Of a stretch of 64,000 nt of DNA, positions 18,560-26,656 are shown one piece after another. The stretch is from contig CAWCRE010000007.1 of NCBI GenBank assembly GCA_963797845.1, positions 13,851 to 77,850 of the forward strand, read 5' to 3'. The notes beneath the pieces are model-generated. The model had not been told where the DNA came from, did not search any database, and saw only the letters and a program-made list of their open reading frames with translations. Source of the DNA: Terriglobia bacterium. Lineage in GTDB: Bacteria > Acidobacteriota > Terriglobia > Terriglobales > Acidobacteriaceae. The stretch's first letter is position 1. Each line of letters opens with the position of its first letter. The translations under genes and the position numbers were made by a program.

Positions 18560-20043
18560 GACTGCACCTCGCAATGGGAGGGGAGAGAAGCCAGCACGGG
18601 CACCGCCAGATATGCTGTGACTTCTTCGGGAGTGCGAAAAGCCGGGCTGGTATAGTCCGCGAAAAGCGCGACGCCGCTACCAGACGCGCCTGCGACGAAG
18701 AAGCCAACAAATAAAAAGAAAGACAGGGAATGCGCTGGGAGGGCTGGCACCGTAGGCGGTGCTGCAATGGTCACATCGAGAATGCCGCCGGAGTCCATCG
18801 CGTCCCCGATTCGAGCTTCTTCGCGTTTGTTTGCGTACAGAAGATATTTTTGCTCAGCGGTTTTCAGATTTCGCAGCAAGGCGTCCTGCTCAATGGCGCG
18901 ATCTCCCAAACGCTGGGCTGTCTGCTGGTAGGCGGCGAGCACTGAGTCGATCGCTTGCGCGCGGGAGTGGAGCGAGTTGAGATCTACCTGGGTTTTGAGC
19001 AGTTCCGCGCGCGCCCACTCATGGATAGGATCCTGATCGGTAGTCTCATCCCGGAGCGGAGTCAATTCTTCTGTGGTGATGGCTTGCTTAGCCTCGGCGA
19101 TCTGCTCATCCACTTCCTGAACCAGGCGGTAGGAAGGTTGAAATTTGGTGAGCAGTTCGGTGCGCTTGAGTTGCAGCTCCAGCAGGCGCGATTTAAGTTT
19201 CTCGAGTAGTTGCGGATTATCGGAAATGCGCACTTGCGTGGTCATGCGCGCCGCCGAGGTGTCGATCTTGGCCTGCAATTCGCGCTCTCTTTGCGTGCTC
19301 TCCTGGATCTGGATGGCGGTCTGGCCTGACGAAGCCTGCAATTCTGTCAACTTCTGGAGAGTCGCGTCGCGTTGCAAAGGCGCGTCTACGACCGAGTTGC
19401 GATGAGTGAACTCCATCACCGCGAGTTCTGCGTGTTCGAGCGTAACGCGAGCCTGATCCGCCTGCTGTTCGAAAAAGTTGAATTCGCCGGAAGGCCTTTG
19501 GAGGTGCTGGTGACGCTCAAGGTATGCGTTGGACAATGCGCGAAGAATGGCAGCTGCCTCTGCCGGGTTCGATGATGGATAGCTCACGGTGATCAGATTG
19601 GCTTTACGCACTCCGGTGACTTTGAGTCGGTTTGCGAGATGGCGGACGGCCTTTTCCTCACGTTGTTCGCGGGTGCCGAAATCCCACCATGATTTGTTCA
19701 GTGAAGACAAATTTGCGATCTGCACCACGCGCCGAAGCAAATCGTCGTCGCGCAGCAGTTCCACCTCCGAGTTCAAGTCTTCTTCACTGATTTCGCGACG
19801 CTCGAAGGCCAGGTTCGTGGGGGCAGCACTGGCAAGGGGATCGATACGCCCACGGCGAACTAATACCTTCATCTCCGCCTGGTACGAAGGCATCAGAATG
19901 CCGTAGAGCAATATTCCGAGAAAGACAACGCTGAACGAGACCAGGAACAAGGTGCGTTGCCGGAAGAGGATGGCTGCTAGATCGCGAAGCGTGGGGGAAG
20001 CCGACGCGTGCGACCGAGGCACGAGACTCAATTCTTCTGGCAT
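18556..20043 (-). CDS. polysaccharide co-polymerase / chain-length determinant (Wzz/GumC-type)
   Basis: An N-terminal TM (LFLVSFSVVFLGILLYGIL) is followed by the Wzz motif region, a long coiled-coil periplasmic domain and a C-terminal TM (SFFLFVGFFVAGASGSGVALF). Confidence 0.8.
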   Translation of the reverse strand: MPEELSLVPRSHASASPTLRDLAAILFRQRTLFLVSFSVVFLGILLYGILMPSYQAEMKVLVRRGRIDPLASAAPTNLAFERREISEEDLNSEVELLRDDDLLRRVVQIANLSSLNKSWWDFGTREQREEKAVRHLANRLKVTGVRKANLITVSYPSSNPAEAAAILRALSNAYLERHQHLQRPSGEFNFFEQQADQARVTLEHAELAVMEFTHRNSVVDAPLQRDATLQKLTELQASSGQTAIQIQESTQRERELQAKIDTSAARMTTQVRISDNPQLLEKLKSRLLELQLKRTELLTKFQPSYRLVQEVDEQIAEAKQAITTEELTPLRDETTDQDPIHEWARAELLKTQVDLNSLHSRAQAIDSVLAAYQQTAQRLGDRAIEQDALLRNLKTAEQKYLLYANKREEARIGDAMDSGGILDVTIAAPPTVPALPAHSLSFFLFVGFFVAGASGSGVALFADYTSPAFRTPEEVTAYLAVPVLASLPSHCEVQS

Positions 20044-20108
20044 GCGGTCAGACCACTGCTACCGCGGCAGGGAGCGTTCCCAGCCACTCGAACTCACGTT
20101 GTCATCTG

Positions 20109-20912
20109 TCAGAACTGTGTCGGGTTTAAATACATACTGAGGTTCGAACCCGGCAGGAACTTGCGCAATTTTGAGATCGTATTTTGAGGTACAAATAACA
20201 GGTCGCCCGGTTTCAGGTGGAGGTCTTCATTCAGGTTTCGGGCGCTCATCATCCGCTTTACATCAATCAAGCGCGTCTCAACCATTTCGTCCGACATTCG
20301 CCGAAACAGAACGACCTGAGAATGCCTGGCCTGAGAATTGAATCCTCCGGCCATAGCAACTGCTTCCGTTACAGTCGTGTCACCGCGCAAATCGTACTTC
20401 CCCGGCCGCGTCACCTCGCCGGCAGCGATAAAGTACGGTTTGTCAAAATCCTTGAGGACGATTGTCACTTGGGGATTGTTCAACAGCTGCGAATAGGCGG
20501 TTCGAATCGCCTCTTGCAGTTGAGGGAGGGTTGTTCCTTCCGCGTACATCGTCCCAAGGTCTTTCAGGACTACAAAGCCATCGGGCTGCACCGTAATGGT
20601 CTGGTTATATTCGGGGGAAAAGGTGAAGCTGAGTTCGAGCACATCGCTAGAGGTCACCCGGTACAGCGGACGGCGTTCCCCCGTCAGGGCTGGACTCCTT
20701 ACGCCACCCGCTGTTCCGGATTTCGTGGTTTCCATCGTCCCAGCGTTCCCTATGGCTACCCTTGGCCGTTCTGTCTGGGCGACAGTTACCACCCACGCCT
20801 GCTGCAACGCGCAGCAGGCAAGAGCAAGGACCGTGAAGGAAAGGCCGCGTCTGATCCGTTTTGTACCCGGATCCATTCGCCACCGCGCCGCGCTTCCAAA
20901 ATTGATTGACAT
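20109..20912 (-). CDS. wza: polysaccharide export outer-membrane protein (Wza family)
   Basis: TITVQPDGFVVLKDLGTMYAEGTTLPQLQEAI...PQVTIVLKDFDKPYFIAAGEVTRPGKYDLRGDTTVTEAVAMAGGF (Poly_export plus SLBB pattern). The N-terminus is signal/lipoprotein-like (FTVLALACC). Confidence 0.85.
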   Translation of the reverse strand: MSINFGSAARWRMDPGTKRIRRGLSFTVLALACCALQQAWVVTVAQTERPRVAIGNAGTMETTKSGTAGGVRSPALTGERRPLYRVTSSDVLELSFTFSPEYNQTITVQPDGFVVLKDLGTMYAEGTTLPQLQEAIRTAYSQLLNNPQVTIVLKDFDKPYFIAAGEVTRPGKYDLRGDTTVTEAVAMAGGFNSQARHSQVVLFRRMSDEMVETRLIDVKRMMSARNLNEDLHLKPGDLLFVPQNTISKLRKFLPGSNLSMYLNPTQF

Positions 20913-21266
20913 TTCATTCACGAGCCTGCGCAAAGTTAGCCGAATGCCTGAAACCCAACAAGACATACAAAGTGCTACCCACAAAGGTGGACAGTTGGAA
21001 TTCCCAAGCCTGTCATTGCGAATTTCGGGTTGACTACGCCAGAACATAATCAGGTCGCGGAGTCTGATGAGAAACGCGCGAGGAATCGAAAGTAGCTATG
21101 GCCCGTTCGTGGTGTCTACCATGGTGGTGTCCACTTTGGAGCACTTGCGTCGAGTTTCCCACAACCTGGCTGTTCATCAGTCACTCTAAATTGTGACTCT
21201 TGCCATTTGGAAATCGCTGTCGGCTGAATACGATCAAACCTGTTCCATCTCCCCCAATGAGGCCTC

Positions 21267-21986
21267 ATGGATGCAGCAGGATTCCCGTCTTCAACGGTGA
21301 TTGGCGTTTTAGTTGCCGATTCCAGTCAGATGGAAATGCAACTACTGGTCAGCGCATTGCGCAGACGGCCGGAGTTTCGTGTCCTCTCATGCCCAATGGA
21401 TCTCGATTCAGTACTCGAGGCTGCGCAAGGGGGACAGATTCATGTCGCGCTGCTTGCGACCCCGGATGCGCAGGGAAACGGCAGTGATATGGGAATCATC
21501 CGGCGGCTTCATCTCAGTCATCCCGAGATCGCCAAAGTAGTGTTGATTGATGATGGAGACCGGGGCGCGGTGACCAATGCGTTCCGCTCCGGAGCGCGGG
21601 GAGTGTTTTGTTTCTCCGAGTATCCGTTCCGTCTGCTCTGCAAGTGCATTCATTGTGTCCATCGAGGCCAGATATGGGCGAACTCGGCACAACTGGAGTA
21701 CCTGTTGGAGATGGTGAACCAGGTTCCGGCGCTGCGAGTGGTGGGAGCGGACGGGCGTAAATTGCTCACCGCGCGCGAGGAACAGGTAGTGGCTCTGGTG
21801 GCGGATGGATTAAGCAACCGAGAGATCGCCAGCGAACTGAACCTGAGCGAGCACACGATCAAGAAATATATGTTTCGCATCTTCGATAAGCTCGGCATTT
21901 CGAGCCGGGTCGAGCTCGTGCTTTACGCCGTGAGCAATAGCGATCATCGCGATGCGGAATGGATGGCCGGCGTGGACGCGAGTTGA
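21267..21986 (+). CDS. LuxR/NarL-type regulator with a pseudo-receiver domain
   Basis: The C-terminal HTH is LTAREEQVVALVADGLSNREIASELNLSEHTIKKYMFRIFDKLGISSRVEL. The receiver-like N-terminus reads HVALLATPD where the phospho-acceptor LLDxxMP is expected, and there is no conserved Lys (GARGVFCFSE). Confidence 0.8.
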   Translation: MDAAGFPSSTVIGVLVADSSQMEMQLLVSALRRRPEFRVLSCPMDLDSVLEAAQGGQIHVALLATPDAQGNGSDMGIIRRLHLSHPEIAKVVLIDDGDRGAVTNAFRSGARGVFCFSEYPFRLLCKCIHCVHRGQIWANSAQLEYLLEMVNQVPALRVVGADGRKLLTAREEQVVALVADGLSNREIASELNLSEHTIKKYMFRIFDKLGISSRVELVLYAVSNSDHRDAEWMAGVDAS

Positions 21987-22137
21987 TCTCGAGGCACCGG
22001 ATTGCATTTCTGAGCGCAAAAAGTTCGGCCGCGGATCCCGATGTTTTGCACCGAGAGACGCGGCCGAATCCATTCTCCAGCGACTTCGCCTCAGGTTCGC
22101 CAGAGACAATCGGCGAGTGCCTTACGCGTTACTTCGA

Positions 22138-22806
22138 CTATGACAGGAAAAACTCTTTGGCCAGCACAGCCCAGTCCTGATCCGGCAGGTGCGCGCTAAG
22201 GTCGTCCATGGCCACGCCGCCATCCTGTGCGAGCGCACCCAGCATCATGGGCATCTTCTTCTGCAAACGGCCGGCGGATTCTTCGGTCCACCAGCGGGCG
22301 AGCGCTCCCCCGAGCAGGTTGCGGAAATTGGTCTTCGCGTCGGGAGACTGAACCGTCAGCAGCCAGCCCTGCCCGTAAGGATCTTTGTGGGCGAGCTCGG
22401 GATTGCGGACGAGTTCGTCGTTGATATCGGCAACGCTGCCTTCGATCGGCGACACCATATCGACGGTGGTTCCGTCGCGATGAATGGTGCACACCTTCTG
22501 GCCCTGGCGAATCCACTGTCCACGTTGCGGCAAAGTAATGTTCTCCAGCTTACCAATCAGCTTGGAGGCAAAGTCGTCCATGCCGATGCGAACCAGGCTC
22601 GGACTCTCGCTCAACGCCCAAGTATGTCCCGGGTGATAGCGAAGATTTTCAGGAACATGGAAACCACCGATCATGTTGGGCGCGACCTTCGCCGGTGCCG
22701 GCGGCTTCGCTAACTGCACAGCGGGCTGTACGACGCGGTTGCGGCTATAAAAATGATCGATCAGTAAGAAAGTTGCGAATGTTAAGAGAACCAGAATTAC
22801 TGTCAT
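22138..22806 (-). CDS. membrane-anchored glycine-cleavage H-protein-like domain protein lacking the lipoyl lysine
   Basis: N-terminal TM is MTVILVLLTFATFLLI. The GcvH-like core is YHPGHTWA...VRIGMDDFASKLIGKLENITLPQRGQWIRQGQKVCTIHRDGTTVDMVSPIEGSVADINDEL...DPYGQGWLL. The ESVK lysine position reads HRDG. Confidence 0.7.
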   Translation of the reverse strand: MTVILVLLTFATFLLIDHFYSRNRVVQPAVQLAKPPAPAKVAPNMIGGFHVPENLRYHPGHTWALSESPSLVRIGMDDFASKLIGKLENITLPQRGQWIRQGQKVCTIHRDGTTVDMVSPIEGSVADINDELVRNPELAHKDPYGQGWLLTVQSPDAKTNFRNLLGGALARWWTEESAGRLQKKMPMMLGALAQDGGVAMDDLSAHLPDQDWAVLAKEFFLS

Positions 22807-23318
22807 AAGTCACCTCGCCGGAGGCCTCTTTTTCGGGCCACTCACCCTTCAGTACGGCAATCCCGCTGCCGTAGCGCGCGTGCGGCGAAGATTTCTTTCT
22901 GAGGGCGGCGATGTGGTTATGAACGTGGAAGATAGAGTTCGAGAAGAATGTTTGCAGATCTCGGAGAGCGGAAATGTTCAACTCCTCAGCGATGAACATC
23001 GCCACAGCCGCAAGCTAGCAATTTCAGTGTTTTGCAATGAGACAGGAGCGATGTAGTTCATCAATAAGAACTTAGAGAAATGGTGACAGTTGATGCGAGA
23101 TACAACATGGCTTGAGATAAAACGCAACGCCATTTCGAGGCAATTTGTACGGATTCTGGACCACAGCAGCCTCCGGCGGAGAAGGGGACCAAAACATTCG
23201 ACACAGCTGGGGTGAAACGTTTGTTGACTGTCCCCTTCAACGATTGAGGACTAATGGAATCTTGAGCTTCGGCGGAGAGTCAGGGAGCCGAGTACACAAC
23301 TGTTGATCTTACAAATCC

Positions 23319-23347
23319 TTGACAAATCTTTCCTTGGCTCATAGAGT
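23319..23347 (+). promoter_or_regulatory. sigma70-like promoter (TTGACA - 17 nt - TAGAGT)
   Basis: ttgaca at 23319-23324 and tagagt at 23342-23347, about 45 nt upstream of ATG 23394. Confidence 0.4.
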
Positions 23348-23393
23348 TCGTTCAATTGCCTCAATCCCAAACAGTTTCAGACAGGTGCCACGT

Positions 23394-23654
23394 ATGAAGA
23401 ATGTCTACGAGGTTCTGCGGCAGAAAGAACTCGAACTCGCCAGACTGGAAAAGGAAGTGGAAGCGCTGCGAGTGGCCGCTCCTTTGTTATCAGACGACAA
23501 GGAGGCGGTTGCCGAAGCTACGAACAATAAGCCGGCTCTGGCGGCGAACTCGGGGCCGCAAGCACCCCTTCGGATCCCACAACCTGCAATCACGCCGACG
23601 CCACAGCCTGCCCGAGCGGCGGGTTGGGAAGATACGGCCAAACGCTGGCCTTAA
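23394..23654 (+). CDS. small coiled-coil protein with a Pro/Ala-rich tail, unknown function
   Basis: MKNVYEVLRQKELELARLEKEVEALRVAAPLLSDDKE... followed by a low-complexity tail. The promoter-like element lies upstream. The track ORF start at 23319 lies inside that promoter. Confidence 0.55.
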   Translation: MKNVYEVLRQKELELARLEKEVEALRVAAPLLSDDKEAVAEATNNKPALAANSGPQAPLRIPQPAITPTPQPARAAGWEDTAKRWP

Positions 23655-23856
23655 GATTCTCGCTCTCCCCCGCGAGACCTTTACAATAGACATGCACAGA
23701 GAGCCCGAGCGGCTACGCCGGGCTAGGTTTTTGCCTGTTGGATTTTTCTGCAACAGTGCTATACTCCGCTCAATTCACCTCACCATGCGCCACATTCGCG
23801 GGTCTACCGTTTGAGACCCAAGGCGAAGTGTATCTATAGGATAGGAAACGTCGCTG

Positions 23857-24693
23857 ATGAGTGCAGCGGGTCTTTCAACTACAAGTTCTGATCGCGCAGC
23901 CCGGCGTACTCACCGCTACAACTTGGCCGTTCCCATTGACGTCACCGTATTGCGTTCCGGGGTGCCGGACTGTATTCCCGGTCGGGCGGTGAACGTGTGC
24001 GAGGGAGGGCTGGGGGCGGTGGTCGCGGGCGAGTTGCATTCGGGCGACTCGGTTGGCGTCGAATTTCGCCTGCCTGCGACTGGTTCGCAGTTCCATGCCA
24101 AAGCTGTTGTGCGTTACGAGTCACGGCTGCAGTTCGGGCTGGAATTCCAGAGCTTGAGCCAGCAGCAGCGGGACATGATCCGCTACTGGGGATTGAGAAA
24201 CGAGGATGCTTCCCACACCGGGGAAGCCGCGACCCGTTCTGCACTACAGCCGGGGAAAAACGAGAAACGCCGTCGGCCGCGTTATCGAATATTCTGGATT
24301 GCCCTGGTCGCGTTCACCCTGGTGGGCGGGCTGGGATGGTGGCAATGGTATACCGCATGGAATCAACTGGAGGCAGGCCTTCCGGGAAGGCAGTTCGTTG
24401 CCGATAAAGAAATTCCTAAGGTGCCGGCTTCTCAGATGGAGCAACTGGTCACACACAAAGTAGATCCCGTCTACCCTGATGCCGCACGGCAGTCAAAACT
24501 GCAGGGTATTGTGTTGATCGACATGTTGGTCGGGCCGGATGGAACGGTAGTCGATTTGCACCCGGTGAGTGGTCCGGCCGTACTCACCGCGGCCGCAGCG
24601 GATGCTGTTCGGTGGTGGCGGTTCCAACCTTATCGGGTCAATGGGCAGGCGGTGGCGGTGGAAACCACGCTCGCAGTCGATTTTCGGCCGTAA
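23857..24693 (+). CDS. PilZ domain - TM - TonB C-terminal domain fusion protein
   Basis: PilZ motifs RRTHR and NVCEGGLG; TM IFWIALVAFTLVGGLGWW; TonB_C block VDPVYPDAARQSKLQGIVLIDMLVGPDGTVVDLHPVSGPAVLTAAAADAVRWWRFQPYRVNGQAV. Confidence 0.75.
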   Translation: MSAAGLSTTSSDRAARRTHRYNLAVPIDVTVLRSGVPDCIPGRAVNVCEGGLGAVVAGELHSGDSVGVEFRLPATGSQFHAKAVVRYESRLQFGLEFQSLSQQQRDMIRYWGLRNEDASHTGEAATRSALQPGKNEKRRRPRYRIFWIALVAFTLVGGLGWWQWYTAWNQLEAGLPGRQFVADKEIPKVPASQMEQLVTHKVDPVYPDAARQSKLQGIVLIDMLVGPDGTVVDLHPVSGPAVLTAAAADAVRWWRFQPYRVNGQAVAVETTLAVDFRP

Positions 24694-24817
24694 CGACCGT
24701 CCCAGTCTTCTCATTCTCCTGCTCCTGCATCAGCCAATTTTTGAATGGCAACTCCATTTGGTTCCCAGCAGCTTCGCAGATTTACACGCCTTCGCCCTCA
24801 ATTTAGACTTTTGGTAC

Positions 24818-25504
24818 ATGCGCACGTGGCAGACAATCCGCGCGAGTTCGCTGGCTCGGCACAGCCATAATTCTTCGTATGTGGCGTTGGTGCTTTCCGG
24901 GAGTTACGAAGAAGCTGGAGATCTTGGGCGATTTCAGGTTCGGGCCGGGGACGTGCTGTTGCACGATCGCTTCGAAGCTCACATCGACCGCTTTGCAGCG
25001 ACAGGAGCGACGGTGCTCAACCTTTCTCTGCGTTCCGGGCAAGCATTCACTCCGGGCCATGGAGCAGTTTCTGACCCTGATCTGATTGCTCGCGAGGCGG
25101 AGCAGAGCCGCACTGCAGCGACAGAATTACTTCTTTCCCTCGTTCAGCGATGTGGCACAACCATCGCCGACTGGCCCGACAAACTGGCGGCGGACTTGAT
25201 TCACGATCCCTCGCTCAGGCTGTCGGCGTGGGCCGCAGAAGAGGGACTTGCGCCGTGGACGGTTTCGCGAGGATTTGCGCAGGTGTTTGGTATCAGCCCT
25301 GAGGTGTTCCGGGCTCGCGTGCGTTCGCGGCAGGCGTGGAACGCCATCCAAAGGACGGAGCGGCCATTGGCGGAGATCGCGTTGCAATCCGGTTTTGCCG
25401 ATCAGGCCCACATGACCCGCAGTGTGAAACAGGTTACGGGAATGTCGCCGCGAGCGTGGCGGGTTGCAAATAGATTCAAGACCGCAAGTATCCGCCAACC
25501 GTAA
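24818..25504 (+). CDS. AraC-family transcriptional regulator (cupin-like N-terminus)
   Basis: The C-terminus has a double HTH: LSAWAAEEGLAPWTVSRGFAQVFGISPEVFRARVR...IALQSGFADQAHMTRSVKQVTGMSPRAWR. ATG 24818 is preferred because the upstream part of the track ORF overlaps the TonB-fusion gene. Confidence 0.75.
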   Translation: MRTWQTIRASSLARHSHNSSYVALVLSGSYEEAGDLGRFQVRAGDVLLHDRFEAHIDRFAATGATVLNLSLRSGQAFTPGHGAVSDPDLIAREAEQSRTAATELLLSLVQRCGTTIADWPDKLAADLIHDPSLRLSAWAAEEGLAPWTVSRGFAQVFGISPEVFRARVRSRQAWNAIQRTERPLAEIALQSGFADQAHMTRSVKQVTGMSPRAWRVANRFKTASIRQP

Positions 25505-25513
25505 AACATAAGC

Positions 25514-26641
25514 ATGCGGGACTTTGCCTGTTTGCTTCTCTTCCTTGCGCTTGCAGCGGTGGTTTCGCCGGCGCGATCGGAAAAGCTTCATACCAGCACG
25601 GACTGGGAACTGAAGCCATCCCTGAAGTACGACGTTCTCTGCCTTCTGAACGTATTAAGCGGAGATCCCTACTATCTGCACTATTACCAGGCCGAGTACG
25701 ACCACTTCCATCCTCTATTCACGCCCGAGGAGAATGCGGCCTTTGTGAAGTTGAAGCGGGTCATCAAGGATGACGGCGGCGGCATCGTCTCGGCCCGGCT
25801 CGCCCTCTACTATTCGGTGGTGCAGGACGAAACCCTGCCACAGATGATCGCCACAGCGCATGACAGCAGTCTCATGAAAGCCGAGCTCAAGAAGACGCCG
25901 TACTGGGACGAAGGGGAATGGAACAACTATGACCAGGCGCGTGCTGCGCTGGAGATTGCATTGCGTGCATTGGATCGCGTCGGGTTTCCGGCCTATTGGA
26001 AGCGGTCGGCAGTGCCTGGCATCGAAAAAAGAATTGCGGAACTTTCGCCGGATCTTTCGAAGTACGACATCATTCCCGTCATCGAGCGATACCTCGGTTT
26101 TTCCTTGCCGTCTCGAACCATCACCGTTTACCTGCTGGCATACTCGGAACCGCACGGAATCCGAATCACCGGATTGCGGTTTCTTACCCATGAGTCGTAT
26201 CCGTTTCGGATCGTGCTGCACAATGCAATTCATGAGCCCATGCATCCGCCATACGACGCGAGCGATCCAAAAGTCCGCAACGCCATTGATTTGCTGAGTA
26301 GAGATCCGTTAATTGTCGACAACGTGACGCATCATGATCCTTCGTTCGGCTACAACACGGCCGCAGGGTATATCGACGAAGACTCAGTGCAGGCGTTGGA
26401 GCAGATCGTCGCGGAGCAGTTCGGCGTGGCAAGGGATGCGCAGCAGTATTGGGAAGAGCAGGACGGAGGTATTCACGTGCTTGCTGCTGCGATCTACGTG
26501 GGCTACAAGGCCGCCCTTCAGCATTCTTCGATGACCTACTCAGAGTGGTTTGTCCACGCCGTGGAAGACGGTGAATTGCGAGGAGACAAGCTTAAGAGCA
26601 CAATCGAGCAGTTCCGTTCGCAAAGACCTGCAGAAAAATGA
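25514..26641 (+). CDS. secreted protein of unknown function carrying an HExxH motif (HEPMH)
   Basis: Signal peptide MRDFACLLLFLALAAVVSPARS. HEPMH is encoded at 26231-26245. I recognise no family. Confidence 0.65.
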   Translation: MRDFACLLLFLALAAVVSPARSEKLHTSTDWELKPSLKYDVLCLLNVLSGDPYYLHYYQAEYDHFHPLFTPEENAAFVKLKRVIKDDGGGIVSARLALYYSVVQDETLPQMIATAHDSSLMKAELKKTPYWDEGEWNNYDQARAALEIALRALDRVGFPAYWKRSAVPGIEKRIAELSPDLSKYDIIPVIERYLGFSLPSRTITVYLLAYSEPHGIRITGLRFLTHESYPFRIVLHNAIHEPMHPPYDASDPKVRNAIDLLSRDPLIVDNVTHHDPSFGYNTAAGYIDEDSVQALEQIVAEQFGVARDAQQYWEEQDGGIHVLAAAIYVGYKAALQHSSMTYSEWFVHAVEDGELRGDKLKSTIEQFRSQRPAEK

Positions 26642-26656
26642 AGTCAACTACGGATC

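Noticed and set aside
20135-20160. tRNA T-loop-like string ggttcgaacccgg
   Set aside because: It lies inside the wza coding sequence, with no acceptor stem, anticodon arm or D-arm around it. I found no tRNA or rRNA anywhere in the window.
22745-23005. 86-aa ORF upstream of and overlapping the GcvH-like gene
   Set aside because: It has no RBS, unremarkable composition and no motif, and its 3' third overlaps the well-supported GcvH-like start, which has its own GAGGTGA RBS. A short upstream ORF cannot be excluded, but I cannot support one.
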